Below the pieces are notes generated by a model. That model saw nothing but the letters and a program-made list of their open reading frames with translations, ran no database searches and was not told the origin of the DNA. The translations under genes and the position numbers were made by a program. From a virus: a DNA stretch of 45,647 bases. Below are positions 8,282-16,244 of this stretch, piece after piece. Every line of letters begins with the position of its first letter. The first letter of the stretch is position 1. Where the stretch lies: positions 1 to 45,647 of IMG/VR virus record IMGVR_UViG_3300020595_000062. One strand, given 5' to 3'.

Positions 8282-8815
8282 TCACTCTCCTATTAGTTTG
8301 TTCCACATCATACAAGTGTATTGTGCCTGATGTAGAGCATCATCTAAAGCGTTATGCGCAACACCGCCAGACTTTTTACTAAAGCCTCCCCTTTGCGACT
8401 CGTACATATCCTTAATAGTTCTTACGTCACGTATGTTCCAGAACTTCCAAGGTATTTCTATATCGTGTTGATTGTAGGCGTCTTCCAACATAGAAATATC
8501 AAAGGTCGCTCCGTTACCCCACACTTTAGCGTCTTTAGGTAGCCAGTCGGCTAACTCTCCTAGAACTGGTTCTAAGTCTTCTAATCCGTCTAGAGCTTCC
8601 CTAGCTTGATCTGTTACGTTAGCGCTATACCACCAGTTAAGCGTACCAGCATCTATTTTTCTATTCTGAGTATCCCACTCTAACTCCCGATAGAAAGTCT
8701 TTCTACTTACCTTGTTGGCTCTTGGATCAAACACTACTGCTCCTATTGAGACAATAGCCGAATTGGGAGTTAACCCCATTGTTTCTAAATCTATCATTAC
8801 GTGATTAAGTTTCAT
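8282..8815 (-). CDS. DEDD-family 3'-5' exonuclease (Rv2179c-like)
   Basis: MIDLETMG (Exo I DxE), GNGATFDISML (Exo II) and HNALDDALHQA (Exo III, DEDDh). Confidence 0.8.
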   Translation of the reverse strand: MKLNHVMIDLETMGLTPNSAIVSIGAVVFDPRANKVSRKTFYRELEWDTQNRKIDAGTLNWWYSANVTDQAREALDGLEDLEPVLGELADWLPKDAKVWGNGATFDISMLEDAYNQHDIEIPWKFWNIRDVRTIKDMYESQRGGFSKKSGGVAHNALDDALHQAQYTCMMWNKLIGE

Positions 8816-8877
8816 AATTATTTACCTTTTAATTGTGAGTTCCTAAAACTTTGAGAGTTCTTTGTTCCAAATTACCA

Positions 8878-9106
8878 AGGGTTAGGAGGGTTAGTTTATC
8901 GGATCATACATAAGCCTATTAGAATTTAATTTTTAAAATTTAATTTTTCTACACATACATAGGGTATTAAAATTACTAACCCTTCTAACCCTGATCACCA
9001 ATTTCAAGAGGAGTGACGCACCAAACCACCTCCTAAAAACTAACCCTTCTAACCCTTACCCCAACACGCCACAAAACATCCCTTGTAAACTAACCCTTCT
9101 AACCCT
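8878..9106. repeat. Iteron array plus AT-rich tract; candidate replication origin or regulator-binding site
   Basis: ACTAACCCTTCTAACCCT occurs at 8975-8992, 9039-9056 and 9089-9106 as exact direct copies. An inverted copy, AGGGTTAGGAGGGTTAGT, sits at 8878-8895 with 1 mismatch. Tandem AATTTAATTTTT lies at 8923-8934 and 8937-8948. Confidence 0.6.
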
Positions 9107-9112
9107 ACCTAT

Positions 9113-11701
9113 TTACCAATCCTCATCGTTGGATTCAAGATCAACCAGTGTACCCCCATAGACTTTAAGAACATTACGCCCACCTATTTTAACAGTCAGC
9201 CCTAGATTGTTCAAGTCTTTAATGAAGTGCCCCTTACCTTTACGAACACGCTCATCTATACCGTTGTTCTCACACCATGTGTTGTATATAATCCCATAAA
9301 AGCTGGAAACATCGCCAAGACAGTCTTCCGCATTGTTAGTCTTAATAACAGTGTCGTTAACAAAACGCACTACGTTATTAGCTTCACCCATCCATTCTTC
9401 TTTAGCTACTTTACAAGACTCTGGTGACTGAAAAGATCCTCGGTTACGTAACCGCTGGAGACCTTCTAACATAAAGTTCAATACTCCAGACATCTCTTCT
9501 TTACTAGAGAGGATATCGTAAGCTCGGTCTATATCAGCTATTCCATTGGCATCAAACTTAGCGTTGAACGGAATAACGTTGGCACGACGAGTCATACCGT
9601 GGCTCAAGTCTCTAGTAGCAGGGAATCCATTACTACACATAATTAAATTGCCAGCATACATGAAAGGGAAGCGGTCTTTACCTTTATAGTTACATTCCAT
9701 TTTAGTGTTCTCACTGAACAACTTAACTCCCTCGTCCTTCAGCAAATGGTTAGCAGGTAGCTCTTCAATTACCACATTAAGCGCACCGACTAAAGACGTG
9801 GTGGCGTGGTTGTCACCATTGGAACTCCCGCTTGACAACAATTTAACCGTGGACATTACTTGAGCGTCCTGTAATATACCACCTAGGATTTTTAGTATGG
9901 TGGATTTACCGTCACCACCAGGACCACGGAACAGCCACCAGCTCGCTATATTCTTGTACGGCTGGATTGTGTAACCCATTAGCTCACCCATGTGGCGGAT
10001 CATGTCGTCGGTGTCGGGGAAATTACCGAATATACCTTTTAGCGTTTCCATAAATAGTGGGCATTCCGCTGAAGGATCATAATCCACGTTAAGGCAGTTA
10101 AGTAGATAACTACGATAGTTATGTGGTTTAAGAGTATGAGTGCCGTCTTTACCTAGCCATAGTTCTCCGTTATTACAGTTGACAACCGAAGGAGGTAGTT
10201 CTGTACGGTGAATACGATCCGTTAAGGTAGCTACTTGAATACGACTGAGTTTAACCGCTTGAGTTATGAGGCTGAGTTCCTGTACTTCCACTTTCATTTT
10301 CTGTTTTAGCTGAACCAGTACGTTTTGTATAAGTTTAGCTAAGAACTCGTCAGACATCTTCTTCCAGTGAGTGTTGTGGAAAGCCCATAGTATTCCATTA
10401 GGAGGACACGTTAGATGTTTACCACTGTTAAAAGTTTTCTCTAGAGTTTTCTGAGCTAATAACAAAGCTAGGTCGTCTACTATGCGAGCATCTAATTCTT
10501 TTAATAACTTATTGATACTAGATTGCTTTAATAGTTTCTTACCTAATAATATTTCCTGTGCTTTGGCCGACTCAAAACTACTAGCCGCCTTTATTAAGCG
10601 TAAACACTTCATCACTTCTTCTTGATTACTGGTAGGATGCAATCCATTAGCCGCTTGTATAGCGGAACCTTCAACTCCTCCCTCACCCGTTGGAGTGTGA
10701 TACATATCGTCGATGTCTATTTCGGAAGCTGCATCTTTACCTTCTTGTAGTAACTGAGCTTCTTCGCTATCTTCTTCGTCTGTATCGTCAAGATTAGGTT
10801 GATTGCTAAACGCTAGTACCGCTTTAAGATTAGCGGCATCTTCACCTTGCCTTTCCAATTCTCTTATTAGAGTACCTATTGTTACGGCTACGTCCTTTTC
10901 CCACAATGATTCCCAACGAGCACGTATGGTCGATTCTTCATCACTGTACTTAGTGTCTTGTATCGACCATTCTACAAATTCATCGCATCCGTTACCGTCT
11001 GTGGCATGGTGAGCAGCACATAATAATGGGAACCAAGAATCATTGTCACTATAATCAGCAGGATCCAACTTCTCTAATATGAGTTCCTGCAGTTGCAAGC
11101 CGGACAACGCACCAGCTCCGCTAGTGTAGTCCGCTGACCTCTCGACTCTTGGTCTTTCAATTTTCTCAAGCACACTTTGGGGTACAGTACGTGGTTCTGC
11201 TTTGTGCAACCACTTGTAATATTCTCCCGAGGGATGTTTTGAACCCGCACACAGGACTTGTCTACCTTTTCTTTTAAATTCGACACCAGGATACTCCTCT
11301 AATGTTTCTCGTAAGTAACGATAATCTATTTCTTCAGGTAGCAAGCAGTATATATGATAGCCACTGCCACCCGTCTTGACCGTAGGAAGAGTTTCCATGA
11401 GTTCTTCCCAATCGAAGAATCCAAAAAGCTCTGCAATAAGTTCTTCGCATTCTTCACCTTTATAATTGCGCGGATCCATGTCCACTATCAATTCATTGGC
11501 TGGTATGCGGTAGCCTAAGTTAAATCCAGATTCTATCCAACTATTGTGTTTACCAGATGGATACTGTTTAGTAGTCCAGTCTGAATGCAGAGGGGTTTTC
11601 CCTCTTACCTTACCTTTTATTTGTTTGTTCCAAGTGTGTACGGGTATTAGATCAGCATTGCGTTCTAGATACACACTCAGTTGAGTCTTGTCGTATGACA
11701 T
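9113..11701 (-). CDS. Bifunctional primase-polymerase (AEP/PrimPol) fused to a D5/SF3-type helicase
   Basis: N-terminal AEP motifs LIVDMDPRN (DxD), GGSGYHIYC (sGxH) and EFKRKG. An acidic linker follows. C-terminal Walker A FRGPGGDGKST and Walker B-like NVVIEE. Confidence 0.85.
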   Translation of the reverse strand: MSYDKTQLSVYLERNADLIPVHTWNKQIKGKVRGKTPLHSDWTTKQYPSGKHNSWIESGFNLGYRIPANELIVDMDPRNYKGEECEELIAELFGFFDWEELMETLPTVKTGGSGYHIYCLLPEEIDYRYLRETLEEYPGVEFKRKGRQVLCAGSKHPSGEYYKWLHKAEPRTVPQSVLEKIERPRVERSADYTSGAGALSGLQLQELILEKLDPADYSDNDSWFPLLCAAHHATDGNGCDEFVEWSIQDTKYSDEESTIRARWESLWEKDVAVTIGTLIRELERQGEDAANLKAVLAFSNQPNLDDTDEEDSEEAQLLQEGKDAASEIDIDDMYHTPTGEGGVEGSAIQAANGLHPTSNQEEVMKCLRLIKAASSFESAKAQEILLGKKLLKQSSINKLLKELDARIVDDLALLLAQKTLEKTFNSGKHLTCPPNGILWAFHNTHWKKMSDEFLAKLIQNVLVQLKQKMKVEVQELSLITQAVKLSRIQVATLTDRIHRTELPPSVVNCNNGELWLGKDGTHTLKPHNYRSYLLNCLNVDYDPSAECPLFMETLKGIFGNFPDTDDMIRHMGELMGYTIQPYKNIASWWLFRGPGGDGKSTILKILGGILQDAQVMSTVKLLSSGSSNGDNHATTSLVGALNVVIEELPANHLLKDEGVKLFSENTKMECNYKGKDRFPFMYAGNLIMCSNGFPATRDLSHGMTRRANVIPFNAKFDANGIADIDRAYDILSSKEEMSGVLNFMLEGLQRLRNRGSFQSPESCKVAKEEWMGEANNVVRFVNDTVIKTNNAEDCLGDVSSFYGIIYNTWCENNGIDERVRKGKGHFIKDLNNLGLTVKIGGRNVLKVYGGTLVDLESNDEDW

Positions 11702-11715
11702 AAGAGCGTATCCTA

Positions 11716-11952
11716 TTATTTTAAATCAGGGCGTAATTCTATAGCTTTGAACTTTTCTCCTAGTATGGGGTGATCTTCTACTAACTTAGCTCCTTCTTTA
11801 CTTATGCGCCCACGACTAACCCAACCCTGAGCCGTACTAGGTGATATCCCCAGCATTTTGGCTAAAAAGCTGTAGTTACCTGCTTCCTTTATTAATAGGC
11901 TGAGTTTAGCCTTGTGTTCTTTGTCTAGTGTTTCTTTAGTGAATATAAGCAT
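11716..11952 (-). CDS. Small HTH DNA-binding regulator (Cro/Ner-like)
   Basis: 78 aa with NYSFLAKMLGISPSTAQGWVSRGRIS (helix-turn-helix). It is the first gene of the minus arm, next to the divergent promoter region. AAGGA SD present. Confidence 0.7.
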   Translation of the reverse strand: MLIFTKETLDKEHKAKLSLLIKEAGNYSFLAKMLGISPSTAQGWVSRGRISKEGAKLVEDHPILGEKFKAIELRPDLK

Positions 11953-11983
11953 TGTAGCTTCCTTATTGTGAGTATCGCGTTGA

Positions 11984-12012
11984 ATTATGCGTTAAATAAC
12001 ACATCAAGTAAA
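11984..12012 (-). promoter_or_regulatory. Putative leftward early promoter TTTACT-N17-CATAAT
   Basis: -35 at 12012..12007 and -10 at 11989..11984 on the minus strand. AGGGTTA (12012-12018) abuts the -35. Confidence 0.4.
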
Positions 12013-12039
12013 GGGTTAATAATTAAATGGTAAAAGGGG

Positions 12040-12068
12040 TTGCTTTTTACAAAAGCATAACCCATAAT
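12040..12068 (+). promoter_or_regulatory. Putative rightward early promoter TTGCTT-N17-CATAAT
   Basis: TTGCTT at 12040-12045, a 17-nt spacer, and CATAAT at 12063-12068, 80 nt upstream of the first plus-strand gene. Confidence 0.4.
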
Positions 12069-12148
12069 GACCCCACTGGATAACACTGCTAAACAGATAA
12101 CCAGTAAAACAGAGAAACATTACTTACTATTAATAAAGGAAACGACAA

Positions 12149-12742
12149 ATGTCCAATACCAATTATGTTAATTATCAAGTGGCTTTATTACCTGAGAACG
12201 CTGCTCTCATCAATCAACTCAATGAACTACTTATTACAGGTTCTACCGTAAGCCCAAAGTCCGCAAAGACTGCCGAATCTGCAAATACTGCTGCACAGAA
12301 ATCTTCTGTCGAGGATGTTGCCCCTGTTGCTAACGGAACAACTTTAGCTCAAGTCAAAGAAGCCGCTAAAGCCGCTAAAAAAGATCACGGTGAAGATTTT
12401 GCCATGTCCGTTCTAGACGCCAACGGTGTTAAAGAGGCTGTTAGTTTGGGTCGTCGCATGGCTGCAATTGAAGAGTCAGCTTACGACACCATTATCGCAG
12501 CTTGGCAAGCAGGACCTCAAGAATCAGATGATTTAGATGACGATTTAGATGACGACGGTTTAGGTGAAGAAACTGCTGATGTTTCTCCAGAAGCCGTACA
12601 GACCGCTTTGAAGGCTTATTCTAAAGAAACTGGTCGTGCTGAAGCTAAAGCTATTATGACTAAACATGGTGCTAAAGCATTGAGCGATGTTCTTAATTGT
12701 ACTCCCAAACAACTAGCGGCTATGATGGCTGATTTAGTTTAA
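12149..12742 (+). CDS. Acidic early protein with an internal two-fold repeat, function unknown
   Basis: Two similar segments, TLAQVKEAAKAAKKDHGEDFAMSVLDANGVKEAVSL and SPEAVQTALKAYSKETGRAEAKAIMTKHGAKALSDV, flank ESDDLDDDLDDDGLGEE. It is the first gene of the plus arm. Confidence 0.7.
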   Translation: MSNTNYVNYQVALLPENAALINQLNELLITGSTVSPKSAKTAESANTAAQKSSVEDVAPVANGTTLAQVKEAAKAAKKDHGEDFAMSVLDANGVKEAVSLGRRMAAIEESAYDTIIAAWQAGPQESDDLDDDLDDDGLGEETADVSPEAVQTALKAYSKETGRAEAKAIMTKHGAKALSDVLNCTPKQLAAMMADLV

Positions 12743-12826
12743 CAAGTACATCTATAAACTGTTGAAGGGTTCCCTACCTGGAGGTAAGATGTAGACTCAG
12801 TTTCTAGTCTGAGTAACAAAACTAGG

Positions 12827-12924
12827 TTAACTCGTAAAGAACTCTATGAGACCGGAGTTCAGTAATCAACTGTTAGGTTAAGAGCCAAGCGTTCCGATAA
12901 TCCTTAGAGTTCTTTCCGAGTTAA
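12827..12924 (+). repeat. 20-bp inverted repeat (19/20 match) enclosing 58 nt; long RNA hairpin or MITE-like relic
   Basis: TTAACTCGTAAAGAACTCTA (12827-12846) pairs with TAGAGTTCTTTCCGAGTTAA (12905-12924). It lies in a 253-nt non-coding gap. Confidence 0.6.
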
Positions 12925-12931
12925 ATAATAG

Positions 12932-12960
12932 TTGTAATTTATATAAAGATAGGTAATAAT
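12932..12960 (+). promoter_or_regulatory. Putative promoter TTGTAA-N17-AATAAT
   Basis: -35 at 12932-12937 and -10 at 12955-12960. The conserved leader motif begins 8 nt downstream. Confidence 0.4.
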
Positions 12961-12968
12961 GATTCTAT

Positions 12969-12995
12969 CTTAAACAGTGAAACAGGTTGCCAGTT
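12969..12995 (+). promoter_or_regulatory. Conserved 27-nt leader motif, copy 1
   Basis: CTTAAACAGTGAAACAGGTTGCCAGTT followed directly by ATG 12996. Confidence 0.6.
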
Positions 12996-13703
12996 ATGAA
13001 TAACAAACGCTTAATTGAAAAGATGAAGAAACTCTTAGCCATGTCTGAGGGTACAGCTAACGAACACGAAGCAATGGTAGCGACTAAACAGTTACATGCC
13101 ATGTTAGCTAAACATAATGTCTCTATGTCTGATCTTAACGAACAAGAAGATATAGGTGAAGTTTATTTCACTTCTACATCACGCCCTTGGAAACGCTTAG
13201 TTGCAATGTACGTAGCTAAGTTGTATTTCTGTGAGTTCTATTATATCCATGGTGGTAGTAGAACTAAATTTGTATTAGTAGGTACGGAAGCAAATCGTAC
13301 TTTCAGCACCCACATATTACAAATGATTTTCAAAACTGTGGAACGAGAATCTCGCAAACAATCTAAAGCTCACTACGGTAAAGAAGTTTGCTCTTTTGTG
13401 AATTCATTTTGGACAGGAGCTTCCAATCGTATAAGAGTAAGATGTGAAGAAATGATAGGTAACGCTAAAGAAGGCTCAATGGAAGATGAGGAAGGGAATA
13501 AGCTACCAGCGTTGCTTTCTGTTTACGAACAAAACGAAATACTGATAAACGATTTCATGAGTAATATGAGTTTGTCCACCAAGCCATTGAGAACCAAAGT
13601 AACGGATAAAGCTGGGCATGTTGCAGGAATTAAAACAGGTAACGAAGTCCAGTTATCACGTACCATACAAGGTAGCTCTTCACCTAAGTTGTTGGGGAAT
13701 TGA
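12996..13703 (+). CDS. DUF2786-like protein
   Basis: The N-terminus KMKKLLAMSEGTANEHEAMVATKQLHAMLAKHNVS fits the DUF2786 consensus as I remember it. The track start 12987 is TTG, so ATG 12996 is preferred. Confidence 0.65.
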   Translation: MNNKRLIEKMKKLLAMSEGTANEHEAMVATKQLHAMLAKHNVSMSDLNEQEDIGEVYFTSTSRPWKRLVAMYVAKLYFCEFYYIHGGSRTKFVLVGTEANRTFSTHILQMIFKTVERESRKQSKAHYGKEVCSFVNSFWTGASNRIRVRCEEMIGNAKEGSMEDEEGNKLPALLSVYEQNEILINDFMSNMSLSTKPLRTKVTDKAGHVAGIKTGNEVQLSRTIQGSSSPKLLGN

Positions 13704-13704
13704 T

Positions 13705-13980
13705 ATGAGTAAATACCCTGATAGTATAGCTCCTAGTTATTTCGTAAGAGAAACAAGAACTTATAAACAATGGTGTTCGGTAACAGTATGTAATGGTTGC
13801 GGATTAAGAGGTAAGTATGAAGATCAACATCCAGTAGACCCATGTACTAGATGCGGAGCCAATCAAATAATAGAAAAAGTAGGAAAATGGGTAGAAATTC
13901 CAGAGCCGAGGTGGGCTTTCTGGAGAAGACCTAACGGCACATGGCTATTGAGATCGGAGATTAACAATGAACATGACTGA
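13705..13980 (+). CDS. Zinc-ribbon protein
   Basis: CNGCG...CTRCG. ATG 13705 follows the upstream TGA, with a GGGGA SD. The track start 13618 would overlap the upstream gene by 86 nt. Confidence 0.6.
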   Translation: MSKYPDSIAPSYFVRETRTYKQWCSVTVCNGCGLRGKYEDQHPVDPCTRCGANQIIEKVGKWVEIPEPRWAFWRRPNGTWLLRSEINNEHD

Positions 13981-14251
13981 TTCTGACTGGGCTAAATGGC
14001 TACACGCCGATGGTGATCAGCTTGAGTTAACGCCTAGCCCTACCCAAACAAGAGACACTTACTACAAAGAATATCTGTATAAAGAAGGAAGAGGAACACC
14101 TAAAGCTCAATTCTTTATGACTAGCGAGGGCATAAACGGTAGTTACGGTTTCTGGTGTCCTCGTTCAGCTATTATCAGTGATAATGGTAATACGGTAGAG
14201 ATATCTAACTGGTGCAAACTAACCGAAATTGAATATAATAGAGGAAATTAA
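13967..14251 (+). CDS. Hypothetical protein
   Basis: 94-aa ORF with a GGAG SD 8 nt upstream of the ATG. Confidence 0.6.
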   Translation: MNMTDSDWAKWLHADGDQLELTPSPTQTRDTYYKEYLYKEGRGTPKAQFFMTSEGINGSYGFWCPRSAIISDNGNTVEISNWCKLTEIEYNRGN

Positions 14252-14255
14252 TATA

Positions 14256-15539
14256 ATGTCAAATCTAATAGAAGATAAGTTCCATGCTCGTATAAGCCCT
14301 TCAGCTAGTAAACGCTGGATGACTTGTCCTGGTTCTGCTCGCTTAATAGAAGCTCTAAACATTCCTAACAAGCCAAGCAAGTTCGCAGCTGAGGGTACAG
14401 TGGCTCACGAAGTTCATGAGAAATGTTTATTCAACAATCAAGAAGCTAATGAATATATCGGTCAGACTTTTGAATCAGATGGTTTCAAATTCAAAGTAAC
14501 TCAAGAAATGGCAGACGCAGTTCAAGAAAGTCTAGATTATATCCGTGAACGCATCACTGAAGCCGAAGACATGGGTATGCGAGTAGAAGTCTTAGTGGAA
14601 GTATGGGCAGATCTAAAATACTTAGGTATAGAAGGGTTAGATGGAGGAACTAGTGATGTAGTGTTGCTATTCTGGGAAGACGAATCTCTTATAGAAATAG
14701 AAGTAGTAGATTACAAGCACGGAGCAGGGGTAGCAGTAGATGTTACCAATAATACTCAGGCTCTACATTACGGCTTAGGAGTAGTAATGAATCCTGAGTT
14801 CAATGGTCAAGGTATTCCAGAAGGGATTACTATTACTATTAGTCAACCTCGTGCTCATCACCCAGAAGGTCGTATACGGTCTTGGAATGTTAGTAAAGAA
14901 TACGTATTAAATTGGGAAGAGGAGGAATTGATACCCAAAGCTAAACGCTGTCATGATGAAGACGCTCCATTCGTACCTAGCGATGACGGTTGTCGTTTTT
15001 GTGATGCAGCAGGTCAATGTCCCGCATTATTCAAGCGCACTCAAGAAGTAGCTATGATGGATTTCGATGACGTAGAAGCTAAATTACCTGTAATAGAAAC
15101 CTTAACTCCAGATCAGAAGAGATTCATAATGGATCACGCTGGAGCTTTACGCTCATTTATAGTAGCTGTAGAAAACCAAATAAAATTAGAAGTAGATAGC
15201 GGTTCTCAAGATTACTCAGGTCATTACAAGTTAGTACGTAAGACTACCCAGCGTAAATTGACTGAGGACGCACTTGATCCCGATTTCTCCCCTCTATTAG
15301 ATTACATAGAGGAAGATGACATGTATACTCGTAAACCCAAAGGTATAGGTGAGTTGGAAAAATCAATTAAAGAAAAATTGAAATCTCAAGGCGTTAAAGG
15401 TTTCGTCAAGAAATCTAAAGAAATTATGGAAGAAGTAACTACCAAGCCTACTGGTGAATTGGTTATAGCTCCCGAATCCGACAAGCGTATGGGTGTTCAG
15501 CCTTCTATTGTCGGTGATTTTACAAATCTGGACTCTTAA
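14256..15539 (+). CDS. PD-(D/E)XK (Cas4/RecB-like) nuclease, DUF2800-like
   Basis: N-terminal HARISPSASKRWMTCPGS, DVVLL...VVDYKHG (D..D/ExK) and a C-terminal Cys cluster CRFCDAAGQC. It lies upstream of the DUF2815-type SSB, as in the conserved phage replication module. Confidence 0.8.
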   Translation: MSNLIEDKFHARISPSASKRWMTCPGSARLIEALNIPNKPSKFAAEGTVAHEVHEKCLFNNQEANEYIGQTFESDGFKFKVTQEMADAVQESLDYIRERITEAEDMGMRVEVLVEVWADLKYLGIEGLDGGTSDVVLLFWEDESLIEIEVVDYKHGAGVAVDVTNNTQALHYGLGVVMNPEFNGQGIPEGITITISQPRAHHPEGRIRSWNVSKEYVLNWEEEELIPKAKRCHDEDAPFVPSDDGCRFCDAAGQCPALFKRTQEVAMMDFDDVEAKLPVIETLTPDQKRFIMDHAGALRSFIVAVENQIKLEVDSGSQDYSGHYKLVRKTTQRKLTEDALDPDFSPLLDYIEEDDMYTRKPKGIGELEKSIKEKLKSQGVKGFVKKSKEIMEEVTTKPTGELVIAPESDKRMGVQPSIVGDFTNLDS

Positions 15540-15543
15540 TAAA

Positions 15544-15570
15544 CTTAAACAGAAAACAGGAAACAGTCTA
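15544..15570 (+). promoter_or_regulatory. Conserved 27-nt leader motif, copy 2
   Basis: CTTAAACAGAAAACAGGAAACAGTCTA followed directly by ATG 15571. Confidence 0.6.
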
Positions 15571-16140
15571 ATGGCTAAAATTATTTTACAAAATGTTCGT
15601 TGTAGTTATGTGTTCGTTAATGAGCGTCGCAAAAAAGACAATGGTGAGGAAGGTTCTTACTCAGTTCAAATCTTGTTGCGTAAAGACGACCCTCAAGTCA
15701 AGAAACTTAAAACGATGATTGACGAAACTCTCACTGCTAATTTTGGTGCTGACGCTACTAAGAAACGTGGTAAGTTTAAACTACCTATTCGTGATCCCGA
15801 ATCTGAACACGAAGATAAAGATGGTGAAGAATACGAAGGTGTGTACTTCATGAATGCTAATTCTTCTAAGAAGAAACCCGGAATTGTGAATCGCAATAAC
15901 GAACCTGCCGACCAAGACGACATTGAAGAATACTGCTATAGCGGTGCGTATTTCCATGTGTCAGTTAATGTTTATTCTTTCCCTGCTAAAGATGGCGGTA
16001 AACCAGGAATTGCGCTAGGACTTAACAATGTTATGCTACGCAAGAAAGGCGAACGTTTAGACGGTTCTGTAGCGGCGACTAGCGAGTTTTCAGATTTTGC
16101 TGAAGGAAGCGACTCTAGTTCAGAAGATGATGATTGGTAG
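15571..16140 (+). CDS. ssDNA-binding protein, DUF2815-like
   Basis: MAKIILQNVRCSYVFV is the typical N-terminus, and the tail SDSSSEDDDW is acidic. The track start 15493 is GTG and lies inside the upstream gene. Confidence 0.75.
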   Translation: MAKIILQNVRCSYVFVNERRKKDNGEEGSYSVQILLRKDDPQVKKLKTMIDETLTANFGADATKKRGKFKLPIRDPESEHEDKDGEEYEGVYFMNANSSKKKPGIVNRNNEPADQDDIEEYCYSGAYFHVSVNVYSFPAKDGGKPGIALGLNNVMLRKKGERLDGSVAATSEFSDFAEGSDSSSEDDDW

Positions 16141-16158
16141 GAGGAAGTAGTATTTCTT

Positions 16159-16186
16159 GGTGGTTTCGGCCACCTCGATTTATTTT
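16159..16186 (+). terminator. Possible intrinsic terminator after the SSB gene
   Basis: GGTGG-tttcgg-CCACC is followed by tcGATTTATTTTA. The stem is short at 5 bp. Confidence 0.3.
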
Positions 16187-16207
16187 AGATTTATTTTACG
16201 ATAACGC

Positions 16208-16236
16208 TTGCTTTCTAATTAGAGATGAACAATAAT
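16208..16236 (+). promoter_or_regulatory. Putative promoter TTGCTT-N17-AATAAT
   Basis: -35 at 16208-16213 and -10 at 16231-16236. The leader motif begins 8 nt downstream, the same geometry as at 12932-12969. Confidence 0.45.
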
Positions 16237-16244
16237 GAATTCAA

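Noticed and set aside
8878-9106. The repeat cluster as a CRISPR array
   Set aside because: There are only three direct 18-nt copies plus one inverted copy, with irregular 32-46-nt spacers. The repeats are too short and not palindromic, and there are no cas genes. It fits iterons better.
11716-11952. The HTH protein as evidence of a temperate lifestyle (CI/Cro switch)
   Set aside because: No integrase, excisionase, partition system or second repressor gene occurs anywhere in the closed genome. A single small HTH protein is compatible with a lytic early regulator.
12743-12995. A tRNA or other known RNA gene in the 253-nt gap
   Set aside because: I could not build a cloverleaf: there is no 7-bp acceptor stem with a GTTCRANYC T-loop. 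GGGTTCCCTACC at 12767 lacks a complementary T-stem.
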